IMG/VR virus record: IMGVR_UViG_3300022661_000051
Source of the DNA: a virus
Lineage: Duplodnaviria; Caudoviricetes
Strand: one strand, 5' to 3'
Length of the DNA stretch: 64,000 bases
The translations under genes and the position numbers were made by a program. Positions 39,760 to 50,052 of the stretch are shown piece after piece. The notes under the pieces are model-generated. The model did not search any database, was not told the origin of the DNA, and worked only from the letters and a program-made list of their open reading frames with translations. Position 1 is the stretch's first letter, and every line of letters starts with the position of its first letter.

Positions 39760-40425
39760 TTAATCTCCCCTTCCTGGCACAAGAACTACAGTTACAGGAC
39801 GTCCCATAGGATTGGGAACATCCGGAGAAGCATCTTCAAACGTTACTGTCATGCGAAGATCAAAATTCTTTGCAAACTCACATGCCTTATTCTTTGAAAT
39901 GTCTGTACCATTAAGCTTTCTGCGATCATTATTAAACTGACCATCAAAACGATCGCTATACTTGTTTATATCGCACTTCTTATATCCAAGTGCTGTTTTA
40001 AGGCCCACAAGCAAAGGATCCTCATCTTCTGCAAATATAGGCCTATAGATATTTGCAGGATCACAGAGAAGCGATCTAGCTTCGCTCTCATAGAGTTTTG
40101 TCTGCGCCAATACCAATTCTTTTAAATTGGTAACATCGCTAAACTCTGCAGTATTTTCTGTAGAGTATTCCGACATCTGATCTTCTGTTGGCATCACAAT
40201 TCTATCAAATGCGGAATAAGGATTGTGATAATATCCGACCATTTCAGGGTCGTATGTTGTTGTTCGTATTGGGAGTACACAATTTTCTATACGAACTGCC
40301 TGACCATTGTATAATTCTGGGTCTGGGTTTGTTATATAGGTAGAATAATCAACTACATTAACAGGTCTACCCTCAATGAATGTCTTATCGAAAACACTAC
40401 CATATTTCATATTTCCATTTTCCAT
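39760..40425 (-). CDS. hypothetical protein, possible C-terminal HTH
   Basis: In the operon with nvRNAP beta-N; GGAGG RBS. Confidence 0.6.
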   Translation of the reverse strand: MENGNMKYGSVFDKTFIEGRPVNVVDYSTYITNPDPELYNGQAVRIENCVLPIRTTTYDPEMVGYYHNPYSAFDRIVMPTEDQMSEYSTENTAEFSDVTNLKELVLAQTKLYESEARSLLCDPANIYRPIFAEDEDPLLVGLKTALGYKKCDINKYSDRFDGQFNNDRRKLNGTDISKNKACEFAKNFDLRMTVTFEDASPDVPNPMGRPVTVVLVPGRGD

Positions 40426-40489
40426 TGTTCAAACCTCCTAAAAATAAACCCTGCGGTTAAGCAGGGTTTATTATTTTTGGTGTTATTGA

Positions 40490-41230
40490 TTAATCAATTC
40501 TGTCGATGTTGCCTTTGGCAATAGCCTTAAGCTCTTCGCCAAAGACACAAGACATCTTCTTGATGCCTTTTACAATCTCTACGCTCGCGATAGCGTATGT
40601 TATAATATTATCATCTTCGCTTTCGCTCATTTCTTTCTTGTACGATTTTCTATCGTTGATAACGAGTTCAACGATAGTGCCTTCTTCAGCATTGCTATCG
40701 AGCCAGTTCTTAAGAGTCTCAATAGCGACTACCGCAAGGCTGTTAATAATGTCGATACTGCCGAGCATCTTTGAGTGGAGCTGACAGAGCGCGGCATTAA
40801 AATGATGAGCAAACGGCTCAATTTTCTCGAGCTTATTTGCGTTGAAGACGTTTTTGGGTTCGATACCCTTAATGTCTTCCGGATCAAACGAAAGTCTGAA
40901 ATACCAGTTTCCTGATCCGTCTTCTTCGGAGTATTCGGAGATGCAAGCCATTACGACTTCTCCGACACTTCTCGGGTTTGTGAAGACGAGAGCAGCCTTA
41001 CCAGATGCCTTCGGCTTCATAATGTCGTTTGACATGATAGATGCAATGGCTGTAAACAATGCACTATACATGTCAGTGCAGTCATTGGTCCCATCCTTAG
41101 GATTAGTAGTGCAGTCAAGGGTGATCGGAGATGTTACTCCGTTTTCTGTGATTGTCACTTCTGACTCGACCGCCAGCTTAAAGTTGTTTGGGATATTTGT
41201 TTTTCTTATTGCGAATGTTTTCTTTTCCAT
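40490..41230 (-). CDS. hypothetical early protein
   Basis: Early promoter 41300-41317, AGGAGG RBS, downstream hairpin. Confidence 0.7.
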   Translation of the reverse strand: MEKKTFAIRKTNIPNNFKLAVESEVTITENGVTSPITLDCTTNPKDGTNDCTDMYSALFTAIASIMSNDIMKPKASGKAALVFTNPRSVGEVVMACISEYSEEDGSGNWYFRLSFDPEDIKGIEPKNVFNANKLEKIEPFAHHFNAALCQLHSKMLGSIDIINSLAVVAIETLKNWLDSNAEEGTIVELVINDRKSYKKEMSESEDDNIITYAIASVEIVKGIKKMSCVFGEELKAIAKGNIDRID

Positions 41231-41347
41231 GGTAATGGACCTCCTGTGTTATATTAAAATGTATATGAATCGGATAAAACACTAGGTTCTATCCGATTAC
41301 ATTTATATGATATATAATTATAAGATTGTTTGAGGGAATGTTATTCT

Positions 41348-43654
41348 TTAACAATCCCCAAGATACGTGCTCTGGTTAAGATAGAACTCCTGGATAGGAA
41401 TTATCTTAGTTCCATATTTCGTAGCCTTTTCAACATTGCCACTATTATACCCAGCAAACGGTATAAGCAATATGTCTGTAGCTTTAGTTACAGATCCTTC
41501 ACTACAATCATGTCCCATGCTAGATAAACGCATCATTAATTCTGCATCTCTAATTCCAGAGAAGCGAATAACTTTGCTAGTAACCAATGGTTCCGACGAT
41601 TCGTTACCATTGCTCGAAATGACATTAGTCATATTATTGTGAATAAACAAGAGATCTTTCATGAAGAGATTTCTCTGTTTCACAATAATGCCTGCAGTCT
41701 TATAACCGATACCCTTAATACCAGATAACAACGGTAATAAAACTGCTTCGTTTAATTTTATGATGTCTCTAAGAGATACACTCTTGAGAATAGCCTTCCA
41801 TTTAGTTGCAGCTATACCATCAAATCCTAAAGCTCCTATTACGGTATAATCCATAACGGGAGTTGTTAAGAAATTACGAATAGCTTGCATAAGATTATCT
41901 CCATTTGCATCTCCAAGAAGGAAAGCTCTGTCGTAATCTATATTCATTAGATCACTGAACGATGTAAGCTTAAGTTTCTTAACAGACTCTTCAGAGAATC
42001 CCTTGAAACCAAGCTTATTGAGCATATTAGTTAATCTTGCAATAACCCTTCCAGGACATTCAAGATTTTCACATGTTACATTCAGACCCGATTCTGATAA
42101 TGATAATGACATACCACATTCAGGACAAGTCTGAATAAACTGGAAGAATGGATTCGGATTATAGTAGTTCTCTTCTACATTCGCTTTATTAATGTAAGCC
42201 ATAACGTCATTGGTATACTCTATATCAATAACATCTCCAGGCTTTAAACAAAGCTCCATAAATCTTCCATACGAATGACCAGATGATTTTGTCTGGACAT
42301 TTCCGAAGAACTCAACAGGGTCATACCATAACATAGGTGTGATGTCTCCATTAGCACCAACCGTATAAGTTATGTTTCTGATACGAGTCTGTTTCTTCTT
42401 TGTGTTGAACTTTATAGCTATAGAATATCTATTAACGGAGTTCTTTCTACCCAACGCCTTTCTTATCGCTGGGTCGAGATACGATACTACGACTCCGTCA
42501 TACATAAATGGAAGAATATCTCTCATAGCTTCAGCTTCCTCTACGAATCTCTTTACCTGAAACAAAACAGATTCATAGTTACCAGTTACAACTGCATAAC
42601 GCAAACCTTCTCCAGTAGCATAGTATTTATTCATGAACTCTATCTCCTCTACTCGGTTCATGTTATCGTGAGAAGTGGCTAACGGAACTAAGGTTATATA
42701 TTTAGCTAACTGTGCAGCATTGCTAGAACCAAAGATTCCTATAATTGCGTTTCTTGCATTAGCATAATTCTTACCAGTATCAACACATAACTGGTGAAGA
42801 TTATACTTATTGATTATAGCCTCGAACTTCATTCCGAACGGTTCGATTTTATAACCTCTTGCATTTACAAATGGATAACCTGCCAAGATAGGAGTTATAT
42901 CTGATGCTTTGTCAATACCCGTATCTCCTCTAGTACGAGCTGATAATACCTGATCAGTAACTTCTCCTTCTACGCTTACTCCATCATATTTAAGTTCAAG
43001 TACGAGAGTAATGTTATTCGGATCCACATATCCTTCCTGTACGTGCTTTCTTAAAAAGTCTCTCTCGAATATTTGAACGTTGTCATTTTCATAAACTCCC
43101 TTTTCTCTTGCTTCACAGTCTAATGTAAATTTAGCCTTATCAAGAGTTCCTACGAGCTGAGGGTATTTATGCGCTGTATTTCTGAGACGCTTTGAAACTA
43201 CATTTCTATTCTCTGGCATCTCTATAACAGTATGGTCTGCACGCATGAGATTTTTGTAAAAGAACATTGATTCTCTATCAATGTTATATTTTACAAATGC
43301 AGGTTTCGGTATGCTATAGTTATTATTAACCTCCTGTATATTTACTGAACCAGCTGAATTCTGAATCTGAATCGGTTCTGCACCGACTTGATAATTTGGA
43401 TTATACTTCTTATGCTTTTCGAGCAGAAGATCGTAAATTCCGTCTTCCAATACTAATATAGATCTATCAGTATTGTTGTATATGATGTTCGATATATGGA
43501 GAATATCTCCAATAACTTCTTTTTCAACACTTGTTAACATATCGACTGGTTTACCAAGAAGACTCAGTACAATCTGATTTGTGTTGAAAATAACATCCTG
43601 AGTAAGACAACTAGCATCGCCATTATACAGATGCTGTAAGATGTCTTTAAACAT
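41348..43654 (-). CDS. ligA: NAD-dependent DNA ligase
   Basis: ELKYDG, TRGD, ARN, DGVVV, AIKF, CPEC zinc finger, HhH motifs, C-terminal BRCT. Confidence 0.93.
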   Translation of the reverse strand: MFKDILQHLYNGDASCLTQDVIFNTNQIVLSLLGKPVDMLTSVEKEVIGDILHISNIIYNNTDRSILVLEDGIYDLLLEKHKKYNPNYQVGAEPIQIQNSAGSVNIQEVNNNYSIPKPAFVKYNIDRESMFFYKNLMRADHTVIEMPENRNVVSKRLRNTAHKYPQLVGTLDKAKFTLDCEAREKGVYENDNVQIFERDFLRKHVQEGYVDPNNITLVLELKYDGVSVEGEVTDQVLSARTRGDTGIDKASDITPILAGYPFVNARGYKIEPFGMKFEAIINKYNLHQLCVDTGKNYANARNAIIGIFGSSNAAQLAKYITLVPLATSHDNMNRVEEIEFMNKYYATGEGLRYAVVTGNYESVLFQVKRFVEEAEAMRDILPFMYDGVVVSYLDPAIRKALGRKNSVNRYSIAIKFNTKKKQTRIRNITYTVGANGDITPMLWYDPVEFFGNVQTKSSGHSYGRFMELCLKPGDVIDIEYTNDVMAYINKANVEENYYNPNPFFQFIQTCPECGMSLSLSESGLNVTCENLECPGRVIARLTNMLNKLGFKGFSEESVKKLKLTSFSDLMNIDYDRAFLLGDANGDNLMQAIRNFLTTPVMDYTVIGALGFDGIAATKWKAILKSVSLRDIIKLNEAVLLPLLSGIKGIGYKTAGIIVKQRNLFMKDLLFIHNNMTNVISSNGNESSEPLVTSKVIRFSGIRDAELMMRLSSMGHDCSEGSVTKATDILLIPFAGYNSGNVEKATKYGTKIIPIQEFYLNQSTYLGDC

Positions 43655-43677
43655 CGCAAGACCTCCTTATATTTTTA

Positions 43678-44256
43678 TTATGCTGCCATCTCAGACAACA
43701 ACTCAGGAGAATTTATATATGTCTTGATATTAGTAAGCATTTCATAATAGAATCTCTTTCTATTGAAGCAGTACTTAATAAGAAGATTTGTAATTCTCTT
43801 GACCATTCTTGCAAACTTATGAACGATATATGCAAGGGTTTTCTTGATATTGGTAAAAATACCTTTGTTTTCGTTCATTACGACAGTTCTTCTTGAGAAG
43901 AACTTACCTTTTTTACAAGATACACTCGGACCCTGATAAACAGCCTCGGCCCTCTTTGTACGATAGCGATGCTTGTTTTCATGAATCACTTTCTGTGACA
44001 TCTCATAAAGAGACTCGTTGATGAATTTAAGAATTTTTGTAAGGAAGTAGCGTAATCTGCCATAACTGATATCAAAGTACCAGCAAAGCTGTTCTACGCT
44101 CATATGCTCCTTATACTGCTTCATCACGACTGATTTAATATCGAGAACTTCTCCGTACTGGTTAACGAGGCGATAACCGTCACTCTTTGTTGTTCTCTTC
44201 TTTCCATTTTTGGATTTGCCCAACGATCTTCTGATTCTTAACGCTTTCATAATCAT
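43678..44256 (-). CDS. basic protein, possible HTH
   Basis: Lys/Arg-rich; SVEQLCWYFDISYGRLRYFL is HTH-like. Confidence 0.45.
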   Translation of the reverse strand: MIMKALRIRRSLGKSKNGKKRTTKSDGYRLVNQYGEVLDIKSVVMKQYKEHMSVEQLCWYFDISYGRLRYFLTKILKFINESLYEMSQKVIHENKHRYRTKRAEAVYQGPSVSCKKGKFFSRRTVVMNENKGIFTNIKKTLAYIVHKFARMVKRITNLLIKYCFNRKRFYYEMLTNIKTYINSPELLSEMAA

Positions 44257-44262
44257 TCTCCT

Positions 44263-44715
44263 TTATCGTTTATTTTTAGGAAGCGTGTATACCACTATCT
44301 CTATATCAGTATTATCAAATACTGTAAGAATAGCAGTCTTCACATCTTTCCATTTTAACTTATCTAAACCGCAACCTATTCGAGGCATTGCGATCTTCTT
44401 AATATTAAGCTCTGTACAGACCTTCTTCATATCCGACAAAGCAAACACCAAAGAACCAAACATTGGTTTGTTATAATAGTAAACTTTGGTAATGAGATTT
44501 AATATTGTTCTATTCTCGTGCTGAGTTGGTGCACAAGATCCGATTTTTATTGTACAATAACGATAGGTATTATATAAATCGTTTCTACAATTGAACCTTT
44601 TATCAAACTCTTTAGCTATTCCAGCTCCAAGAGCAAAATCTGCACTTATACAATGTGCAAGTGCATAAGATTCGGGGACCTCAAAAAGGTCCCCGATTTC
44701 TTCTCGGAATATCAT
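44263..44715 (-). CDS. macrodomain protein (TARG1/OARD1-like)
   Basis: GDLF, LAHCISADFALGAGIAKEF, NLITK and MPRIGCGLD motifs. Start reassigned to MIFREE. Confidence 0.88.
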   Translation of the reverse strand: MIFREEIGDLFEVPESYALAHCISADFALGAGIAKEFDKRFNCRNDLYNTYRYCTIKIGSCAPTQHENRTILNLITKVYYYNKPMFGSLVFALSDMKKVCTELNIKKIAMPRIGCGLDKLKWKDVKTAILTVFDNTDIEIVVYTLPKNKR

Positions 44716-44719
44716 AATA

Positions 44720-46879
44720 TTATTCCTCCTCTTTATTTTCAACCTTAATGAACGCAGGTACTTTAGGTCCAACCCTTTGGACAGGATTTATGCGTTCATG
44801 GCTAACTCTTAAAACAGGATTTACAAATTTAATAAATGCGGGCTTAAATCTCTTAAGTTTCTTAATAAACTTCAAAGCAAGTCCCATTGTTTTAAGACTA
44901 CAGTTAAACTTTTCGACGGATCTTGATTTAGCGTCTGGATCAAGATGAACGTCTACGGTATATGGATCTCCTGTAAGAAGCTCAGATACTGATCTTCTTC
45001 CGACAGGAGATGTGCTATACTTTAACAAATTAATCGCCCAAATTTCAGCTCCAAGCTGTATACCGATGTTTGTTTCCATTTCTCCCATTCTAATTGGTGT
45101 ACTGGAATGAACTTCAGTATATTCTTTTGATGCGCGAGATTTTGTATTTTCGCCACGAATATTTGTAGCACTAAGACTCGTAGCAGAATGCTTTTCTTCA
45201 GCACACTGTTTAAGTCTATATACATACTGAGCCGCACAAACGGATGATTTATTTGTCAGAATGTATCTGTAATTACCATTGGATCCCTTCTGAGGAACAA
45301 CAAGTTTCTGAGGTTTAATCCAAGGGAAGTTCTGATACAATCTTCTAATTGTATCGAGATCTGCACATTCCGAAATAGGTTTTGCACTGATATACAATCC
45401 CTCTTCGGTAGCAATTTCTTTGATTAAGACCACCAACTCATCTTCATCCAGGCTGTTAATGAATTCTTTGAACGAATTCGCATACTCTGGTGAAATGACA
45501 TCATAAAATTTGATGATCATATCGACACATTCATCTATATGAAGACAATTAGTATCGATAAAACTTACGATATGCTTTGAGATATAGTTAAGAGATAACT
45601 CTACCAACTGCATCACATTTAATCTGTTGTGGCATGTGGCGAAATTCCATATCAATTCCATATGGTCGCCGTTTTGAAATGCTGGCATAAGATGATCAGG
45701 CCTTACTTCAGCAACAACACCTTTTCCTCCACATCTATTAGAGATCTTGTCTCCTTGATCAAGAGGATTGGTAGCTAATACATATATTTCAACTTTCATA
45801 TTTGAAAAGACCTTACCGTCTATTATATACTGAGCACCGGATAATTTCTTCTCGCAGATATCATACATCTGTGAAAGTTTATAGGACTTATGATAATTCG
45901 TATTGTCGATATATGGTCTCAGAACTTCAACGAATTCTTGACAGAATCTTCTATCTTCTTCAATATAATATCGAAGCTGACCATCATAACAACTTTCATC
46001 TTCTCCCAGCGGTTTATTTGAATACACATTAATATCCATAACCCTAGCATCTACATCTGGTATCTTATATGTGATATCCGATATCATGGGTTTTGACAGT
46101 CTGTGCATTGCCTGGGAGAAAAACATCTCGTCTTTATTTTCTTTTCTGACACCTCCAAGTATACCGTTTTTAATATACTCTCCGACGTCAGGGAAAATTT
46201 TATACGTCTTACTGTCTCCGTATAAGTTAAGAGGAATATCGTTATCGTTGATAATGATTTCGACTTTCTTTATAGCAGGAGCAGCTAATTTCTTTGCAGC
46301 AGATTCTGATATAACAACAGGATCTTCTGTATTAATAGCGAGAGCCATATATCCGCATCGGAGATTTACTCCATCCATATGATTCTCTTCACTGTCGAAC
46401 GATGTTGATGTTCGTAATGTATAATCATTAGGAATAGTGTCACCAACATTGAGGCAGTCCATTTTTGAGGTATTGTATAAATACCCGTAAGTTTCTGTTT
46501 GGTGATGATATGATACACGTTCAAACATATCAAGATCACCGTTCTGATTCATCACTATCAAATAATAGTGATGACCGGGAAGTTTTGAATACTTTTCAAT
46601 CTTTGCAAGTATTGTCCATTCGCATTCAGTTTTAATCAATGATGCTGAATGTCTTGCAAATTCGGCTTCATAACCAGTGCCGAATAACGGAACTTCCGGG
46701 TTTAGAAGTTCAATTCTGTGAGTTGATTGTGTCGAGAACATTATTTTTCTCGACGAACTGTTCAATGGTTCGCAAGGTTGATTAAGACCGACACCAAGTA
46801 TTTTTTCCATGTTGCCATTAAACTTAGCTCGGGCTTTATCTAACTGGTCTTCTATTGAAGGATCGTGGTAAATCTTCAT
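44720..46879 (-). CDS. non-virion RNA polymerase beta subunit, C-terminal part
   Basis: NSSSRKIMFSTQ, NTEDPVVISES, GDKISNRCGGKGVV, YRLKQ and IRMGEME motifs. Early promoter 46933-46950. Confidence 0.9.
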   Translation of the reverse strand: MKIYHDPSIEDQLDKARAKFNGNMEKILGVGLNQPCEPLNSSSRKIMFSTQSTHRIELLNPEVPLFGTGYEAEFARHSASLIKTECEWTILAKIEKYSKLPGHHYYLIVMNQNGDLDMFERVSYHHQTETYGYLYNTSKMDCLNVGDTIPNDYTLRTSTSFDSEENHMDGVNLRCGYMALAINTEDPVVISESAAKKLAAPAIKKVEIIINDNDIPLNLYGDSKTYKIFPDVGEYIKNGILGGVRKENKDEMFFSQAMHRLSKPMISDITYKIPDVDARVMDINVYSNKPLGEDESCYDGQLRYYIEEDRRFCQEFVEVLRPYIDNTNYHKSYKLSQMYDICEKKLSGAQYIIDGKVFSNMKVEIYVLATNPLDQGDKISNRCGGKGVVAEVRPDHLMPAFQNGDHMELIWNFATCHNRLNVMQLVELSLNYISKHIVSFIDTNCLHIDECVDMIIKFYDVISPEYANSFKEFINSLDEDELVVLIKEIATEEGLYISAKPISECADLDTIRRLYQNFPWIKPQKLVVPQKGSNGNYRYILTNKSSVCAAQYVYRLKQCAEEKHSATSLSATNIRGENTKSRASKEYTEVHSSTPIRMGEMETNIGIQLGAEIWAINLLKYSTSPVGRRSVSELLTGDPYTVDVHLDPDAKSRSVEKFNCSLKTMGLALKFIKKLKRFKPAFIKFVNPVLRVSHERINPVQRVGPKVPAFIKVENKEEE

Positions 46880-46962
46880 TTTTACACTCCTTTTCTATAA
46901 CGTGCGCGGGTAGAGTAAAACTCTACCCACATCACCTCTATAATATATAAACTTATTTTTCT

Positions 46963-48234
46963 TTACGTTACTTGAGTTATTCCGTACGACTGGTTGATCA
47001 TTCCGATCATCTCGCTCGCAGTATCAATCTTACAAGTCTCGGCAAAAGCTACCTGTTCTTTATGCAGAGATGCCTTTAAGAAGTCAATACACTCTTCATA
47101 GTAGTAACGTCTGAATTCTTCATCTTCAAAAATCTTACTCTTGAAATTCTTCTGAGCAAATTTCTTATCTGAATGAAGACCGATATACAAGAACGCACCG
47201 GCACCGTTAATTCGACCATTATCTTTCAATGTGATAAGCATTGAAAGTTCTGGATCGAAACCGATATCCTGATTGAATACAAGGCGAGTCATAGCGCCTG
47301 CACGATTTGTTCTTGATTTTACAAGTGTAACTTCTACAATACTTCCAGCAATGTCAAGATCTTTACCCTCGCTGAGTTTATTACCGTCGTCGAGTCTAAA
47401 TACATTATTGTATGTATAGAACGGAGTTACACCTCCAGGACAAGTCTCATCTGGCTTGAGATAGATATTCTGAGACTTTGTATGTACGAATGAATTAATT
47501 TCAATCTTAGTGGTAATATGATTGATAACGAAGACAATAATATTAGCTGCCTTAAGAAGAGGTACAATTCTTCTGAAGATACCAGCAATCATCTTCGCTG
47601 CCGCTGTAGCGCTCATCTGTCCAGAAAGTTCTTCTTCTTCAGTAACTTTCTTAGGCATAAGCATAGCAAGAGAATCGAGAATATATACAGTAGGTTGGAA
47701 CTTAAATATTCTGTTTCCTCTTGAGTCGAAAAGACCAGTATCATATCTGAACTTGTCTGGATTTGCAGTCTTAATATCGTAAATCATTTTAATTCTCTTA
47801 TAGAACGACTCAGCCGTTACACCAGCATTACGAATAAGAACTTTCTTTTCGAGTTCCTGAGGACTAAATCTTGTAAGGATTTCGTTACGGCGATGAACCA
47901 TACCACCTTCAACAGAGTCTTCGAAAATAAGACCTTCAGGAAACTGTCTTACAATATTAGCAGCCATCTGTTTTACGATTGTAGATTTACCACAACCAGA
48001 TCTTCCGATAAATGCATTGATAGAACCGTCTACAATACCGAAAGAGTCATAGTCGAACACGCGACCATTATCAGGGTCATTTACATGAACACGCTGTCCA
48101 TTGAGAAAATCGAGATTAAGAAATCCGGTAGGATATAATACATCGAATTCCGCTTCCTGACTCATTTCATAATCTTTGTCTTTTTTAGCAGTAACTCTAA
48201 ATTCATCCATTAGAAATGAAGTAGTATTACTCAT
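46963..48234 (-). CDS. uvsX: UvsX/RecA-like recombinase
   Basis: PTGFLNLD, GRSGCGKST, ILDSLA, VINH, PGG and KSR motifs. Confidence 0.85.
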   Translation of the reverse strand: MSNTTSFLMDEFRVTAKKDKDYEMSQEAEFDVLYPTGFLNLDFLNGQRVHVNDPDNGRVFDYDSFGIVDGSINAFIGRSGCGKSTIVKQMAANIVRQFPEGLIFEDSVEGGMVHRRNEILTRFSPQELEKKVLIRNAGVTAESFYKRIKMIYDIKTANPDKFRYDTGLFDSRGNRIFKFQPTVYILDSLAMLMPKKVTEEEELSGQMSATAAAKMIAGIFRRIVPLLKAANIIVFVINHITTKIEINSFVHTKSQNIYLKPDETCPGGVTPFYTYNNVFRLDDGNKLSEGKDLDIAGSIVEVTLVKSRTNRAGAMTRLVFNQDIGFDPELSMLITLKDNGRINGAGAFLYIGLHSDKKFAQKNFKSKIFEDEEFRRYYYEECIDFLKASLHKEQVAFAETCKIDTASEMIGMINQSYGITQVT

Positions 48235-48297
48235 AATAAACCTCCTAATTATGCCTGAATAGGCTAGATTATTAATAAGTTAAGCATAGTGTAATGT

Positions 48298-48398
48298 TTT
48301 AACAGGGAAAACGGCTGCAGGATTTAACCTGCAGCCGTTCCCAAAACCATATTGTTCGAAAGAGATGATACAATGAAAAATTGAGGTTACTTATCCTC
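48298..48398 (-). ncRNA. putative small RNA N5 (about 100 nt) with a 23-nt anti-RBS/start tract
   Basis: Promoter 48398-48409, short 5' hairpin, UUUUUCAUUGUAUCAUCUCUUUC, terminator 48305-48342. Confidence 0.65.
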
Positions 48399-48416
48399 AA
48401 TATATAGTTATAACCA

Positions 48417-49850
48417 CTATCCAGAAATATTATCTTCTGAAAAAGGTGTCGGTGTTATATTTTTATTGGTTCCGAATCTTACCTTTGAATCATTATTGTT
48501 CTGGCGTGGAGCAGGATCCGTTACTGAAACCTTTTCAGCTGTTGGTGTAGATGAAACATTTTCAGAAGGTTTGCAATTCTGGGTAGTTCCGAATCTTCTT
48601 CTGTTACGTTTATTACCATCACCGCTGTTATTCAGAGCAGATACTGTACTTGTAGATTCGTTCTTATTAGCAGTAATAACGATGCTGTCGCTAACATTAT
48701 TAGTTACAATACTGTGATGGTCTTTGATTGATATATCATCCATATCAAGTGCATTAAGACCGCTGATAATAGAATTATCATTCGACACTACCTGCTGATG
48801 CTGATCCTTTAATCTTTCATACATTTTAGTGATCTCGTCCAATGGAAAATCAAGACCAGAAGCTATGATACGGATGAACTCGCCCTTAGATCTATCATTC
48901 TGTTTATGAACAAAAAGTTCCTGAGCGACGTTTCCAAGGCAGAGTCTTTCCTTAATAATAGCAAATGATGTATCGATAATATTAAGACGACTATCGTCGA
49001 TGTTAATATATATCGCAACCTTTTTAGCAGTTGGTTTGAAAGGAAGATCAAGAGACTGATCGATTGCTGTTCCGATCCAAGTATTAAAGTTTTTTGCCGA
49101 GTTTAATACCTGCTTAAGATTGATTTCGAAACAAACAAGAAGATCTTTATTTGTTATAACCTTAAAATGGTCAGTATCATCAATATTAGTATCTGAATCG
49201 ATTATTCCATCAGCTTTAATCGCAGCAACCGATTTAGCAATACTTTCATTGATGTTGTCTTCCATATTGAAGATAGTTTCTCCGTCGGAACCCAAACCAT
49301 TATCATTATACTTTTTGTTAGATACTGTATGAATCGTATAATTCTTACCAGCAATATCTTTATAGTAGTTAATAGTATTCTGAACACCTCTAAGATCAGA
49401 TTCCCATCCAGATATAGCTGTGATTATAATCGGAACTTTTGCCCAATTACCTTCTCCTACTTCATACATAAGAGCCTGATCGAGATATTCTGCGAGGACA
49501 ACAGATGCTCCACTACCTGACGCACCCTCTGTTGTTGACATAATATGAATAAAATCGGCATTCTCGAGATTATCAAGAAGCTCTTCAATTTTATCCGGAT
49601 TATTATCGATGTATTCTTTCATAAGAATTTTAGCATTCTCTCTTACCTTGCCACAACCAGCATCTTTATTGTTAGAGATGATTATATTCTGAACTCCAGA
49701 TTTGCCGCCTTCTCTATAATCAACAGGGATATCCTTAGTTGTAGAGTTAACGATAATACATTCTTCTGGTTTGAGAATACCTTTTTCGATACATTTGATC
49801 ATTGCCTTTGTAGCGCCCTGACCACATGCAATTGTAAAACTTTTAAGCAT
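48417..49850 (-). CDS. phuZ: tubulin/FtsZ-family GTPase (PhuZ/TubZ-like)
   Basis: IACGQG, GCGK, signature-like EGASGSG, T7 loop NIDDTD, long disordered C-tail. Confidence 0.75.
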   Translation of the reverse strand: MLKSFTIACGQGATKAMIKCIEKGILKPEECIIVNSTTKDIPVDYREGGKSGVQNIIISNNKDAGCGKVRENAKILMKEYIDNNPDKIEELLDNLENADFIHIMSTTEGASGSGASVVLAEYLDQALMYEVGEGNWAKVPIIITAISGWESDLRGVQNTINYYKDIAGKNYTIHTVSNKKYNDNGLGSDGETIFNMEDNINESIAKSVAAIKADGIIDSDTNIDDTDHFKVITNKDLLVCFEINLKQVLNSAKNFNTWIGTAIDQSLDLPFKPTAKKVAIYINIDDSRLNIIDTSFAIIKERLCLGNVAQELFVHKQNDRSKGEFIRIIASGLDFPLDEITKMYERLKDQHQQVVSNDNSIISGLNALDMDDISIKDHHSIVTNNVSDSIVITANKNESTSTVSALNNSGDGNKRNRRRFGTTQNCKPSENVSSTPTAEKVSVTDPAPRQNNNDSKVRFGTNKNITPTPFSEDNISG

Positions 49851-49861
49851 TTTGCTCCTCC

Positions 49862-49993
49862 TTATTCGTCGTCATCTTCATCATTTTCAAGTTTAGCCTT
49901 TTCAGCTTCAGTTAAAGGCTTAAATCCAAACTGACCTACAACGTAGCCCTGTTCGTTGATTACACCTTCAGGAATGTTATTCTTATTATCCAT
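49862..49993 (-). CDS. 43-aa acidic micropeptide upstream of tubulin (not in ORF track)
   Basis: AGGAGGT RBS, late promoter 50032. Sequence MDNKNNIPEGVINEQGYVVGQFGFKPLTEAEKAKLENDEDDDE. Confidence 0.7.
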   Translation of the reverse strand: MDNKNNIPEGVINEQGYVVGQFGFKPLTEAEKAKLENDEDDDE

Positions 49994-50052
49994 TATATAA
50001 TACCTCCTCTATAATATTTTCCGTATAGGATTATAATTAAGTTAAGCTTATA

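Noticed and set aside
26940-46879. Group I introns or inteins in the RNAP and ligase genes, as in AR9
   Set aside because: Frames are continuous; no intein termini or homing-endonuclease motifs seen.
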